A stretch of DNA of 64,000 nucleotides from Candidatus Latescibacterota bacterium (GTDB lineage Bacteria > Latescibacterota > UBA2968 > GCA-2709665), in the NCBI GenBank assembly GCA_963662665.2, contig CAXXJS010000010.1:64001-128000 (forward strand), in the 5' to 3' direction. A program made the translations under genes and the position numbers. The notes under the pieces were generated by a model, which was not told the DNA's origin, ran no database searches, and saw nothing but the letters and a program-made list of their open reading frames with translations. Below are positions 10,544-20,065 of the stretch, piece by piece (the first letter of the stretch is position 1; each line of letters begins with the position of its first letter).

Positions 10544-10645
10544 ATGACCCTGTTACGCATCGCCCTGGCGCAGACGCGCCAAACAGCGGATCGGGAAGAC
10601 AACCGCCGCGCGCGAGATGAACGACTCCCAATCAGGGTCATTGCA
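10544..10645 (+). pseudogene. Possible N-terminal stub of a carbon-nitrogen hydrolase (nitrilase) gene, in frame ahead of the next CDS
   Basis: MTLLRIALAQTRQTADREDNRRA resembles the (R/K)IALAQ...D...N start of CN hydrolases and precedes the signal peptide of the downstream gene. Confidence 0.35.
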
Positions 10646-12691
10646 ATGACCACTCGAACCATCCTGATGCTGGCCGTGCTTATTGGCGCGGCGCCGACCC
10701 TGTACGCACAGGAGAACGAATCCCCTCCCAACGTCGACTTCAATGGCGACGAAGCCGTCGACTTCCAGGATTTCATCCTGTTCGCGAAGGCCTTCGGCAC
10801 GAATCAGACCCTCTTCGACCTGGACAATGACGGGATTGTGGGCTTCAGGGATTTCCTGTTCTTCGCCCGGTGGTTCGGAGTGACCGGGGCGCCCATTCCT
10901 CAGATCCGTGATATCGGAATCCCTGTGCGATCGGTGAACTGGGTTCGCCTACATCCGGGCCGAAATAGTGAGGACCGCCCACGTGTGTACGTGACCATGG
11001 GGCAGCAGGCCGACAATCTGTTCGTCCTGCAAGTTGACCCCGAAACCGGCGACTTTCACCAGTTCGTCTCCCCGGTTCCCCGCTCCAATTACCCTACCGC
11101 CACCCTGATGAGCCGTTCGGGCCGCCTCTACATCGGGTCCGCGTACGCCGGCCACCTCCTCTGCTTCGATCCCAAGCTGAACGCCCTTCTCGACCTGGGC
11201 GCCATCAACCCTGGGGCCGCCACCTTCCCGTGCCAAATTGACGAAGATCAGAACGGCCGTATCTGGATTGGCAGCTATCCCGGTGCCGACCTTACCGTCT
11301 ACGACCCTGAGACCGGCGAGTTCACGCGCTATGGCCGAATGTCCAACCTTGACAAATACAATTATCCCCTTGCCACCCCGGATGGAAAAATCGCTTGCCG
11401 CATCTGGCCGACACGGCCGCACGTCGTCGTCTTCGATCCCGCCACAAGGGAAAGTTATCTGGTCGGTCCGATTACGTTCAAGGGACAGGGCACGGTAAGA
11501 CTGGAGAGAAGGCGGGACGGCAATCTCTACGTCATCACTTCGAACTACGGCGATTTCTTGATTTCAGGTAACGAGGGGATTCCCGTCACGAGTCTGCCCG
11601 GGCACATACCCCGCCCCGCCCTGCCAGATGGAAGTTCGTTTTTTTTTGCTGACGGTAAGGAACTGAATTATCGCACACTGAGCATCCGCAGCCGCACAGG
11701 CCGCGTCAGATCGTTCGAACTGGACTACAGTGCCAGCGGCAGCGACATTTTCTATGTACACACCGGTCCGGAAGGTCTCATATACGGTTCAAGCTTGCTG
11801 CCGTTGCATCTATTCAGATTCAACCCCGTATCCGGTGAATTGGTCGACCTCGGAAAATGCTCAAGCTCAGGGGGCGAAGCCTACTCCATGGCCAACCTGC
11901 ACGGAAAACTCTATATCTCTTCCTATCCTGCCGCTCGCATTTCCGTCTACGATCCTTCACTACCGTACCAATTCGGCACAGGCCCCGCCGACAATCCCCG
12001 CGAACTGGGCCGGCTGGACGACATCTCCTATCGCCCCCGTTCCACACTCGCGGGCCCGATGGGCAGGGTCTGGATCGCGTCCGTACCCGACTACGGCCGG
12101 TGGGGCGGCCCCCTGGCCTACTACGATCCGGGGACCAGTGAAAGAAAGTCCTACAAACGCATCGCAGGGGACGCGAGTTGCTATACCCTGGCCCATCTGG
12201 AATCGCAGAAACTCATCGCCGTGGGCACAACGATTCGCGGCGGCAGCGGGACGGATCCCAAAGTCAACGTAGCCACACTGTTCCTGTGGGACTACCACGC
12301 CGAAGAAAAAGTCTGGGAGGGAACGATCGAAGGACGAAGCTCACCCGTAACCGTCTTCAATGCGTTGCTCGCAAGCCCCGACGGCCTGCTCTATGGCACG
12401 GCCCGCGGCGGCGGCATCGATGAACTCTTCGTGTTCAATCCCGAATCCCGCGCCTTCATCCACCGCGCTCCTCTGCCCGCCGGTCGTGCTCTGGATCTGG
12501 GCCTGCAGAACGGACCCGACGGCAAGATCTACGGTTTTACCTCGGCTCTCGTCTACAGTCTCGACCCTGCCACGCGTCAGGTCGAGGAGGTCCTCAGCGT
12601 GGATGGCGGCATCCGAATCGCGGGGCCGATTCTGGGCAAGGAGATTTACTTTGCGACTGGCGCGGTGCTCAGGTCGGCCACAATATTCTAA
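10646..12691 (+). CDS. Secreted protein: paired EF-hand/dockerin-like tag plus beta-propeller repeats
   Basis: Signal peptide MTTRTILMLAVLIGAAPTLYAQ; DFNGDEAVDFQDF and DLDNDGIVGFRDF loops; repeated GxlYxG and YDPxTg blades. Confidence 0.75.
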   Translation: MTTRTILMLAVLIGAAPTLYAQENESPPNVDFNGDEAVDFQDFILFAKAFGTNQTLFDLDNDGIVGFRDFLFFARWFGVTGAPIPQIRDIGIPVRSVNWVRLHPGRNSEDRPRVYVTMGQQADNLFVLQVDPETGDFHQFVSPVPRSNYPTATLMSRSGRLYIGSAYAGHLLCFDPKLNALLDLGAINPGAATFPCQIDEDQNGRIWIGSYPGADLTVYDPETGEFTRYGRMSNLDKYNYPLATPDGKIACRIWPTRPHVVVFDPATRESYLVGPITFKGQGTVRLERRRDGNLYVITSNYGDFLISGNEGIPVTSLPGHIPRPALPDGSSFFFADGKELNYRTLSIRSRTGRVRSFELDYSASGSDIFYVHTGPEGLIYGSSLLPLHLFRFNPVSGELVDLGKCSSSGGEAYSMANLHGKLYISSYPAARISVYDPSLPYQFGTGPADNPRELGRLDDISYRPRSTLAGPMGRVWIASVPDYGRWGGPLAYYDPGTSERKSYKRIAGDASCYTLAHLESQKLIAVGTTIRGGSGTDPKVNVATLFLWDYHAEEKVWEGTIEGRSSPVTVFNALLASPDGLLYGTARGGGIDELFVFNPESRAFIHRAPLPAGRALDLGLQNGPDGKIYGFTSALVYSLDPATRQVEEVLSVDGGIRIAGPILGKEIYFATGAVLRSATIF

Positions 12692-12879
12692 CGTGGACGG
12701 ACCCGCCAATCCCCTTTCAACTCCGGAGCGGGTGAGTTTTTCGGGTTGCATGTCCGCCGGTCAGAAGATATCGTAGGTTATTCAGGTTCGTAAACGAGGC
12801 TTTAGACCTTACAGCAAGACTTCAACGCAAAATGCGTAGGTGTATATTCATGCTGTTTGCATACAGTATGGTGTTGGAA

Positions 12880-13033
12880 TCCCCCCACCACCGTCGCCGG
12901 CCCTTCGACAAGCTCAGGGGACGGCTCTGCTTCTGCGACTCCCCCTCAAGGGGGGAGTAATTGGTCCATCAAGCCGGCGCGCGCGTTACCTGACACCTAT
13001 TTGGTTGCGTCTGAGCAAAGCGAAGCAGCGCCA
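12880..13033. repeat. Cluster of nested REP-like palindromic elements
   Basis: CCCTTCGACAAGCTCAGG unit inside a CCGTCGCC...GGGGACGG hairpin, an ACTCCCCC-TCAA-GGGGGAGT palindrome, and a TTTGGTTGCG...GCGCCAG unit. Confidence 0.55.
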
Positions 13034-13074
13034 GATCTCTCAACAAGATATCCCACTTCAGCCTGGTATAACGA

Positions 13075-14139
13075 ATGGCCGCATCCGAACGTAGAAAACT
13101 CCGTATCGCCTTTATCGGCGCGGGAGGCATCGCCGGCGCCCACATGCGTTGTTTCGCCGGGATGGATGACGTGGAAATGGTCGCCATGGCAGACGTCTCC
13201 GAGACGGCCCTCGAAGGACGTTCGAAAGAGTACGGCATTGCCAATTGCTTTACGGACTACGGGACCATGCTGAGCAAAGTCAGGCCCGATGCCGTAAGCG
13301 TCTGCACGCCTAACGGCCTCCACGCTCCGGCCGCCATCGCTTCGCTCTCGGCGGGCGCTCACGTCATTGTCGAAAAACCTCTGGCCATGAATGCCCGTGA
13401 AGGGACGGCCATGCTCGACGCTGCAAGGAAACACCGGCGAAAACTCGTCATCGGCTTTCAGCACCGATTCGACCCGAAGACCCAGTTCATCAAGAAGACC
13501 GTGGACAGCGGCCGGATGGGGAGAATACTGTTCGGCCGCGTACAGGCCCTCCGCAGGCGCGGCATTCCCAACTGGGGAGTGTTCGGAAGGAAAGAACTCC
13601 AGGGCGGCGGTCCGCTTGTGGACATCGGCGTACACGTGCTGGAAGCCGTCCATTACATCATGGGCTCGCCCAGACCGGTGGCCGCCAGCGGAAACGTCTT
13701 TACGTACCTCGGAAATAAAAAATCGGAAACGGCTTGCAGATGGCCGGACTGGGACTATGAGACCCACACCGTCGAAGACCTTGCGGTGGGCCAAATCCGA
13801 TTCGAAGACGGCGCCGTCATTCACGTTGAATCCAGCTTTGCCGCCCACATAAAGGCCGACGTATGGAACTTTGAGCTTATGGGCGAAGAAGGCGGCGCCA
13901 CCTGGGATCCCCTAACGATCGCGCGGGATGACAACGGATACATGGTAAACACCCAACCGGGCTGGTTGCCCGAATCCGAATTCGGTTCCACGTTCGGCGC
14001 CAAACTCCGCAATTTCGTCGACCACGTCCTTTATGACAAACCAACGCTCGCTCCGGCCGAACATGGCCTGATGGTACAGCAGATGATGGACGGCATTTAC
14101 GAATCCGCCGAAAAAGGACGTGAAGTCAGAATCGAATGA
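13075..14139 (+). CDS. Gfo/Idh/MocA family oxidoreductase
   Basis: IGAGGIA, CTPNGLH, EKPLA, GFQHRF and GGGPLVDIGVHVL. Confidence 0.9.
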   Translation: MAASERRKLRIAFIGAGGIAGAHMRCFAGMDDVEMVAMADVSETALEGRSKEYGIANCFTDYGTMLSKVRPDAVSVCTPNGLHAPAAIASLSAGAHVIVEKPLAMNAREGTAMLDAARKHRRKLVIGFQHRFDPKTQFIKKTVDSGRMGRILFGRVQALRRRGIPNWGVFGRKELQGGGPLVDIGVHVLEAVHYIMGSPRPVAASGNVFTYLGNKKSETACRWPDWDYETHTVEDLAVGQIRFEDGAVIHVESSFAAHIKADVWNFELMGEEGGATWDPLTIARDDNGYMVNTQPGWLPESEFGSTFGAKLRNFVDHVLYDKPTLAPAEHGLMVQQMMDGIYESAEKGREVRIE

Positions 14140-14211
14140 TCCAGCGCACGGGTGTGCGTTTAACACGCTGTTTCCAGGTTGGGAAAAAACCTCTTACCCT
14201 TGCAGAACGAC

Positions 14212-15633
14212 ATGGAAAAAACGGCCGCTACCGAAGACCTCGCGGCTGCTTCGCGTCACCTCTGGCAGAATTACTTCCAGGGCGAGCAGCCCGATAAACC
14301 CCCGATGACGATTACCCATGGCGACGGTCTGTACATTTACGACGCTGAGGGCAACGAATATCTGGATACCTTTGCCTCCCTGCTTACGACCCTTTGCGGA
14401 CACGGTCGGTCGGAAATCATCGACGCGGTGAACGAACAAATGGGAAAACTGGCTTACTTCCCCGGCAGCCAGGACTACGTGATCGAGCCGGCAGCCAGGC
14501 TGGCGGAGAAACTGGCCGAGATCGCCCCCGGCGACCTTTCCGTCTCATTCCTCGTCAACGACGGCTCCGAAGCCAATGAAGCTGCCATGAAACTGGCGCG
14601 CAGCTATTACTGGGCCAAAGGCGAAAAGAACCGATACAAGGTCCTTTTCCGAAGGGGATCCTATCACGGCGCCACCCTCGGCGCGCTTTCCGCCACCGGT
14701 CTGGCCGGCACTCGCGAGCCCTACGAACCGCTGTTGCCCGGGTTCACCCACGTCATGCCGGCGAACTGTTCTCGCTGTGAGCTCGGCCTGGATCCGGAAA
14801 CCTGTGCGCTGGCCTGCCTCAAGAATCTGGCATCCGTTCTGGAATGGGAGGGCCCCAAATCCGTCGCCGCTGTCATCATGGACCCCATCCCCGGATCAAA
14901 CACGGGCTTTCCCCTTCCCCCCGACGGATATCTGCAGGGCGTGCGCGATCTCTGCGACCGGCACGGCGTCCTGCTCATTTTCGATGAAATCCAGACCGGA
15001 TTCGGCCGCACGGGGAAGATGTTCGCCTGCGAGAACTGGAACGTTACGCCGGACATCATGACCGTCGCCAAGGGGTTCTCAGGCGGCTATCTTCCCATCG
15101 GCGCCGCTATTGCAACGGAGGAGATCGCGGAGGCTATTCGAAAGGCCGGTACGGGATTCCGGCACATCCACACCTTTTCCGGCCACGCCGCCGCCTGCGC
15201 CGCTGCACTCGCCCATATCGAAATCATCCGGAACGAGAACCTCGTGCAACGCGCCGGCGACCTGGGTGTCCATTTCAAGAGAAGACTGGACGAACTCTAC
15301 CGGTATCCCCTGGTGGGAAATGTTCGCGGCCTCGGCACGCTCTGGGCCGTGGAACTCGTGGCAAACCGGGAAACCAGAGCGCCGCTGGACCCTCCCGGAA
15401 AAGCAGGCAGCTTTATATCCGATTTCTGCCGCAAATCCGGTATGATCCTGCGCAACAACGCCGACACCCTCGTTCTTGCTCCAGCCCTCGTCATGACCGT
15501 AGCGCAGGCGGACCGGATGTTCGACCTGCTGCATAGCGCCATTGATGCGGCAATGCGTCATTGCAAACAGGATGAAGACCGCCTCGAGTGGGTCGATGAA
15601 GCGGCGTCCGGACCTGCACCGGGCCCCGGTTGA
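14212..15633 (+). CDS. Class III PLP aminotransferase (omega-amine/BioA-like)
   Basis: GSEANEAAMKLA, SYHG, FDEIQTGFGRTG, PDIMTVAKG and HTFSGH. Confidence 0.88.
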   Translation: MEKTAATEDLAAASRHLWQNYFQGEQPDKPPMTITHGDGLYIYDAEGNEYLDTFASLLTTLCGHGRSEIIDAVNEQMGKLAYFPGSQDYVIEPAARLAEKLAEIAPGDLSVSFLVNDGSEANEAAMKLARSYYWAKGEKNRYKVLFRRGSYHGATLGALSATGLAGTREPYEPLLPGFTHVMPANCSRCELGLDPETCALACLKNLASVLEWEGPKSVAAVIMDPIPGSNTGFPLPPDGYLQGVRDLCDRHGVLLIFDEIQTGFGRTGKMFACENWNVTPDIMTVAKGFSGGYLPIGAAIATEEIAEAIRKAGTGFRHIHTFSGHAAACAAALAHIEIIRNENLVQRAGDLGVHFKRRLDELYRYPLVGNVRGLGTLWAVELVANRETRAPLDPPGKAGSFISDFCRKSGMILRNNADTLVLAPALVMTVAQADRMFDLLHSAIDAAMRHCKQDEDRLEWVDEAASGPAPGPG

Positions 15634-15669
15634 CGCCGTGATCTTCTTGCAACCAGGAAAGACAGACCA

Positions 15670-16668
15670 ATGATGCCCGATAGAGAAACATGCCTCGAGA
15701 TGCTCCGTCGGATGTACCGCATCCGCGCTTTCGAGGAGCAGGTGAGAGCCCATTACGACTATACCAGCTATCTTCGCGACAATCCGGAAGGCGACGGGGT
15801 CATCTCCGGTGCGGCCCACCTGGCCATCGGCCAGGAAGGCGCCGAGGTCGGTGTCTGCACCGCCCTCGAACCGGAAGACTTCGTGGCCAGCACACACCGG
15901 GGTCACGGCCACGCCATCGCCAAAGGCGCGGATCTCAAACCGATGATGGCCGAGCTGATGGGGCGCAGACACGGGTACAGCGGCGGATGCGGCGGCTCCA
16001 TGCACATCTTCAGTTCCCAACTCGGACTGATTGGAGGGAACGGGATCGTGGGCGCTCAGATCCCCATTGCCACCGGCGCCGCCTTTTCCGCCAAATACCG
16101 CGCCACCCGGCAGGTGGCAGTCGCTTTTTTCAGTGAGGGGGCAGCCAATCAGGGCGCATTCCACGAAGCCCTGAACATGGCGGCGCTTTGGAATCTCCCG
16201 GCGGTCTACGTCTGCGAAAACAACCTCTACGCAGCCACCACCCCCGCAACCATCACACTATCGCCTCCCGACGTCGCCGTCAAGGCCGCCGCGTATGACA
16301 TGCCCGGCATCATCGTCGATGGCCAGGACATCCTCGAGGTGTACAGGGTCGCTTCCGAGGCGGTTGCCAGAGCGCGCGCCGGAAACGGACCTACGCTCGT
16401 CGAATGCAAGACGTATCGCTTTGTGAGCCACGCGGGCGGCGGCAAAGGCGACCACAACAACCCGGAGGAATTGGAGACCTGGAAGAGGAAGGACCCGATC
16501 GCCCTCTTCGAACGCAAGCTCTTCGACGCCGGACGTCTCACGGACAGGCAGAAACAGACAATCATCTCCGAAGCCGAAGCTGCCGCCCGCGAGGCGGTCG
16601 ACTACGGCAAACAATCGCCCTACCCTGAATTCGACGATATGCCCGTCACCCCGGGAGTACCCCTGTAG
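15670..16668 (+). CDS. TPP-dependent 2-oxoacid/acetoin dehydrogenase E1 alpha subunit
   Basis: HLAIGQE, STHRGHGH, GGSMH, CENNLY and TYRF..H. The TPP motif reads SEGAANQG. Confidence 0.88.
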   Translation: MMPDRETCLEMLRRMYRIRAFEEQVRAHYDYTSYLRDNPEGDGVISGAAHLAIGQEGAEVGVCTALEPEDFVASTHRGHGHAIAKGADLKPMMAELMGRRHGYSGGCGGSMHIFSSQLGLIGGNGIVGAQIPIATGAAFSAKYRATRQVAVAFFSEGAANQGAFHEALNMAALWNLPAVYVCENNLYAATTPATITLSPPDVAVKAAAYDMPGIIVDGQDILEVYRVASEAVARARAGNGPTLVECKTYRFVSHAGGGKGDHNNPEELETWKRKDPIALFERKLFDAGRLTDRQKQTIISEAEAAAREAVDYGKQSPYPEFDDMPVTPGVPL

Positions 16669-17630
16669 TGTCCCGCGTTACGTACGCCCAGGCCATTAAT
16701 GACGCCATCCGGGAAGAAATCGCCCGCGACGAGCGCGTCTTCACCCTCGGCGAGGATATCGGTCCGGTTCGCGATCCTGATAGCCTCTGGGACCAGTTTC
16801 GCGAACGCCGCACGTGGCAGACGCCCATATCCGAGTCGGGCTTCGTTGGATTGGCGGTCGGCGCCGCCATGACCGGCCTGCGTCCTGTCGCCGTCATCAT
16901 GTACTGTGACTTCGTCACCGTCTGCATGGACCCCATAGTCAACCAGGCCGCCAAGATCCACCTGATGTCCGGGGGCAACGTCAACGTCCCGCTGGTGATC
17001 CGGACGCCAGGCGGCGCCGGCACGAGAGAGGCCGGGCACCACAGCCAGAGCCTCGAGGGCTGGTTCGTCCATACCCCGGGACTGAAGGTGGTTATGCCGG
17101 CCACCGCCGCCGACGCCAAGGGCCTGATGAAGTCCTGCATCCGCGATGACGGCCCGGTTGTATTCATCCAGCACCGGCTGCTGGGTGACATCGAGCAGGC
17201 CGTGCCTGAAGACGATAACGTCGTCCCTTTGGGTACGGCCGACGTGAAACGCGAGGGCGGCGACGTTACCGTTGTCGCCGTCTCCTACGCTTTGCAGAAG
17301 GCGCTTCAGGCGGCTGAAGCCCTGGACGGGGAGATCGGCGTCGAAGTCATAGATCCCCGTACACTGGTACCTCTTGACGTGGAAACCATCCTTCGTTCGG
17401 TCAGGAAAACAGGTCGCCTCCTGGTCGTGCACGAATCGCCCGCGCGCGGCGGCATTGGCGCCGAAATCGTCCGCCAGATCGCCGAACGGGGCTTTAATCA
17501 CCTTCGCAGACCCCCTCGCGTCCTCGGCGGCCTGAATACGCCCATGCCCTACAGCGCCCCGCTCGAAGACGCCTGCCTGCCCCAGACCGGGGACATCGTC
17601 GTCGCCATCAGAAACTGCGTTAGCGCCTAA
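16668..17630 (+). CDS. 2-oxoacid/acetoin dehydrogenase E1 beta subunit
   Basis: GEDIG, TPISESG, HSQSLE, PGLKVV and EVIDPRTLVPLD; overlaps the alpha stop codon. Confidence 0.88.
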   Translation: MSRVTYAQAINDAIREEIARDERVFTLGEDIGPVRDPDSLWDQFRERRTWQTPISESGFVGLAVGAAMTGLRPVAVIMYCDFVTVCMDPIVNQAAKIHLMSGGNVNVPLVIRTPGGAGTREAGHHSQSLEGWFVHTPGLKVVMPATAADAKGLMKSCIRDDGPVVFIQHRLLGDIEQAVPEDDNVVPLGTADVKREGGDVTVVAVSYALQKALQAAEALDGEIGVEVIDPRTLVPLDVETILRSVRKTGRLLVVHESPARGGIGAEIVRQIAERGFNHLRRPPRVLGGLNTPMPYSAPLEDACLPQTGDIVVAIRNCVSA

Positions 17631-17633
17631 CCT

Positions 17634-17671
17634 GTTATCCTGAGGAAGCCGCCCGCGCCGACGAAGGATCT
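17634..17671. repeat. REP-like element of the GT(C/T)ATCCTGAG...GAAGGATCT type
   Basis: GTTATCCTGAGGAAGCC...CCGACGAAGGATCT immediately after the E1 beta stop. Confidence 0.45.
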
Positions 17672-17837
17672 ACTGCGGCATGGGATCAACCACGAGCATC
17701 GCCGAGTCGGTCCGAATTAGAATGCAGCACAACCGTTCCTGCCTGGACTCCGCTTAGTGTTGCAGGTCTACCAATCACCATCACCTAGACGCGTCTGTCA
17801 TTCCCTCGACGTTCCGACGGAAGAGGTGCTACTCGGC

Positions 17838-18074
17838 TCACCGACGCCGCCCTCTTACTCTGCGTCTCCCGTCTGTGATGAGGGTAACGACTTCCCGAGT
17901 GGAGATATCCACCTGGACCGACGGAACGTCCAGCGGCGACGTGGCGGGGCGTTCCGGCACCAGGGCATAGGCCCTGCCGTCCTTTCTGCGTATCAGGACC
18001 TTGCCGGTAGACTCGGCTTTGTCAAGCACTGTTGAGAGGTTCTGCCTCGCTTCCAAGTAGGTATATACGTCCAT
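17838..18074 (-). CDS. Phd/YefM family antitoxin
   Basis: MDVYTYLEARQNLSTVLDKAESTGKVLIRRKDG is a classic Phd N-terminus; GGAGG RBS. Confidence 0.85.
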   Translation of the reverse strand: MDVYTYLEARQNLSTVLDKAESTGKVLIRRKDGRAYALVPERPATSPLDVPSVQVDISTREVVTLITDGRRRVRGRRR

Positions 18075-18075
18075 C

Positions 18076-18160
18076 CTACACCTCCAGAACAACGGTGTTG
18101 ACAGCGAGTGTGTCGGCGGCCCGGCTGAGGGTTCGATCCGGATGGGGACGGTGCCATAGG
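18076..18160 (-). pseudogene. C-terminal remnant of a PIN/VapC toxin gene
   Basis: Manual translation ...PDRTLSRAADTLAVNTVVLEV* resembles PIN-domain C-termini (xLDxxLxxAAxxxGxxVLEV) and stops 1 bp before the antitoxin ATG. Confidence 0.5.
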
Positions 18161-18225
18161 ATTCGGGGACTTCCTGATCTTTGCGGCCGCCTTCGGCACG
18201 TAACGGTCATCCAGTCGATCCTCAA

Positions 18226-19761
18226 TCACTTCTCATCGGCCACCGATCCTTTTCCATAATTCGCTTGCAAAGCCCGTTCCATAGCGTCGATTTCCTCATC
18301 GGCGAGAAGGCCAAAATGGCTGGCTCGTTTTCGTGCGGAGAGGCGGCCGTTGTTCCGGATACAGAGACGGATGAAGAGATCGATCTGTCGATCCGGCATA
18401 TCGACGATGTTCTGGATGGATTGTTTGGTCGCATCGAAGTTTTGCAGAAAGGACAGCTCTTCGGAGAGCTCGGTATCGATCGTCTGTTCAATAAATCGAA
18501 AAAGCTCCTCCGCCTGGGGGGTCATGTCGATATAGCGATACCAGGTCGCCGTCTCGTTTTCCACAGCCAGTCGCCCGTCCTGGTCGATGGTATATTCTAC
18601 CAGAGGCATGAGATTCCGTGAAAACGCATTCAGTGACGCGTCATAATCAGCCGGATTCTTCAACATGAACGCCGAAATGGGAAACATGACGCTTTCGGGC
18701 GTAAAGCCTCGACGCGCAAGAATATTGTGAATCAAGAAGCGGTGGATTCGACCGTTTCCGTCCTCGAAGGGGTGAAGAAAGACGAACCCGTAAGCGATGG
18801 CGGCGGCCTGAATCACAGGCGAAACGTTGCCGGATTCCATGCGGCCGTGGGCGGTCATCAGGCCTTCCATCAGGCTGGTCAGATCATCGGGCTTCGGCGC
18901 TACGAAGTGGATTTGCTCCCGCTGCCAGGCGACGCTTTGACCGACGTAATTCTGAGTCATTCGATAATCGGTATCGCGGAACCTGGGGTCGACGATGCGG
19001 TTCTGTAACTCGACCAGCCGCGGCTTTCGACAAAAGTCCTCCTGCTCGGCCAATTGGAGCAGAGCCACAAAGCGTTCGGTTCGCGACGAGGTCGGATTGA
19101 TCCGCTCGATTTCAAATGAGGATTTCGTTTCCCTGGTATACAGGTAACTCAGCGCGCGCTTCAACAGTTGAGGAGGGTAGCGAGACACCACCTCGCGGCA
19201 TCTCGTGTACAACCGGTCCATTTCCGCGTCACGAAGGGTGTCTGTACGACGCATTGTCGGGCAGAATCGTGGTTCACCGGGCAGATTGTCATTGATCCGT
19301 TGACGCCGGACCGGCCGAGCCGGCTCGACTGTAAAATAGGCATCCGGGTCAAGCAGGGCGATGTAGTTTCCGCTCCTCAGATCGTCCAGCGGGAGTGTCC
19401 TTCCGGTCAGGAATTCATACAGAAACCACAATCGTCTGGCATACTTGCCAGTCGGTTTGGAGCGGATGTAGTCGAGGAGATTGGCCTCCGATGTGACTTC
19501 GAACAACGCGGCAAGAATCGCGAGATTCGTGCCGTCGTACTTGAGAGCGAATCTCAGTTGGTCGCCAAGGTCGCTTCCGGGCCAATAGCTGGGTGGATAT
19601 ACTTCCCTGACAGTGTCTCCCAGGTAATCAATCCTTCGGGTTCCACTTGTGGCCACCAGGGACGTGTGCCAATTCGGAACGACGTCGAGACCGTACTGCT
19701 CTATCAGCGCGGCATACCCCGCGAGTTTGTATTTCGTTCTGATTTGATCTTGTTCAATCAT
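18226..19761 (-). CDS. Fic family protein (AMPylase), long form
   Basis: Canonical HPFEDGNGRIHR motif; upstream SSFEIE resembles the alpha-inh motif. Confidence 0.9.
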   Translation of the reverse strand: MIEQDQIRTKYKLAGYAALIEQYGLDVVPNWHTSLVATSGTRRIDYLGDTVREVYPPSYWPGSDLGDQLRFALKYDGTNLAILAALFEVTSEANLLDYIRSKPTGKYARRLWFLYEFLTGRTLPLDDLRSGNYIALLDPDAYFTVEPARPVRRQRINDNLPGEPRFCPTMRRTDTLRDAEMDRLYTRCREVVSRYPPQLLKRALSYLYTRETKSSFEIERINPTSSRTERFVALLQLAEQEDFCRKPRLVELQNRIVDPRFRDTDYRMTQNYVGQSVAWQREQIHFVAPKPDDLTSLMEGLMTAHGRMESGNVSPVIQAAAIAYGFVFLHPFEDGNGRIHRFLIHNILARRGFTPESVMFPISAFMLKNPADYDASLNAFSRNLMPLVEYTIDQDGRLAVENETATWYRYIDMTPQAEELFRFIEQTIDTELSEELSFLQNFDATKQSIQNIVDMPDRQIDLFIRLCIRNNGRLSARKRASHFGLLADEEIDAMERALQANYGKGSVADEK

Positions 19762-19794
19762 TGCTCACCCTGGAATAAACGTTACCCGATGAGA

Positions 19795-19822
19795 ATTATA
19801 GTTATATTTCGACAAATTGCAA
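19795..19822 (-). promoter_or_regulatory. Putative sigma-70 promoter of the fic gene
   Basis: TTGCAA-16 bp-TATAAT on the minus strand, about 35 bp upstream of the ATG. Confidence 0.5.
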
Positions 19823-20065
19823 GAAAAACAGTTTTGTAGTCCCTCTCATCGAATTGGTTTGACAGGAAACCCTGGAACGACCCGGCACGAAGACATGGGT
19901 ATGCAGGACACCGTTGTTGGAACACGACTGACTCTACGATGACGGGGTGCGTATCGGGCCGGGAGCCCGCCCGATCACACGAAAAATCCCCCCGAACCGG
20001 TCCGGCGAAGCTGCCATAGGATCACCAGCCGTGGAACCTGCAAGAAAGGATGGGGATTTTGCAAT

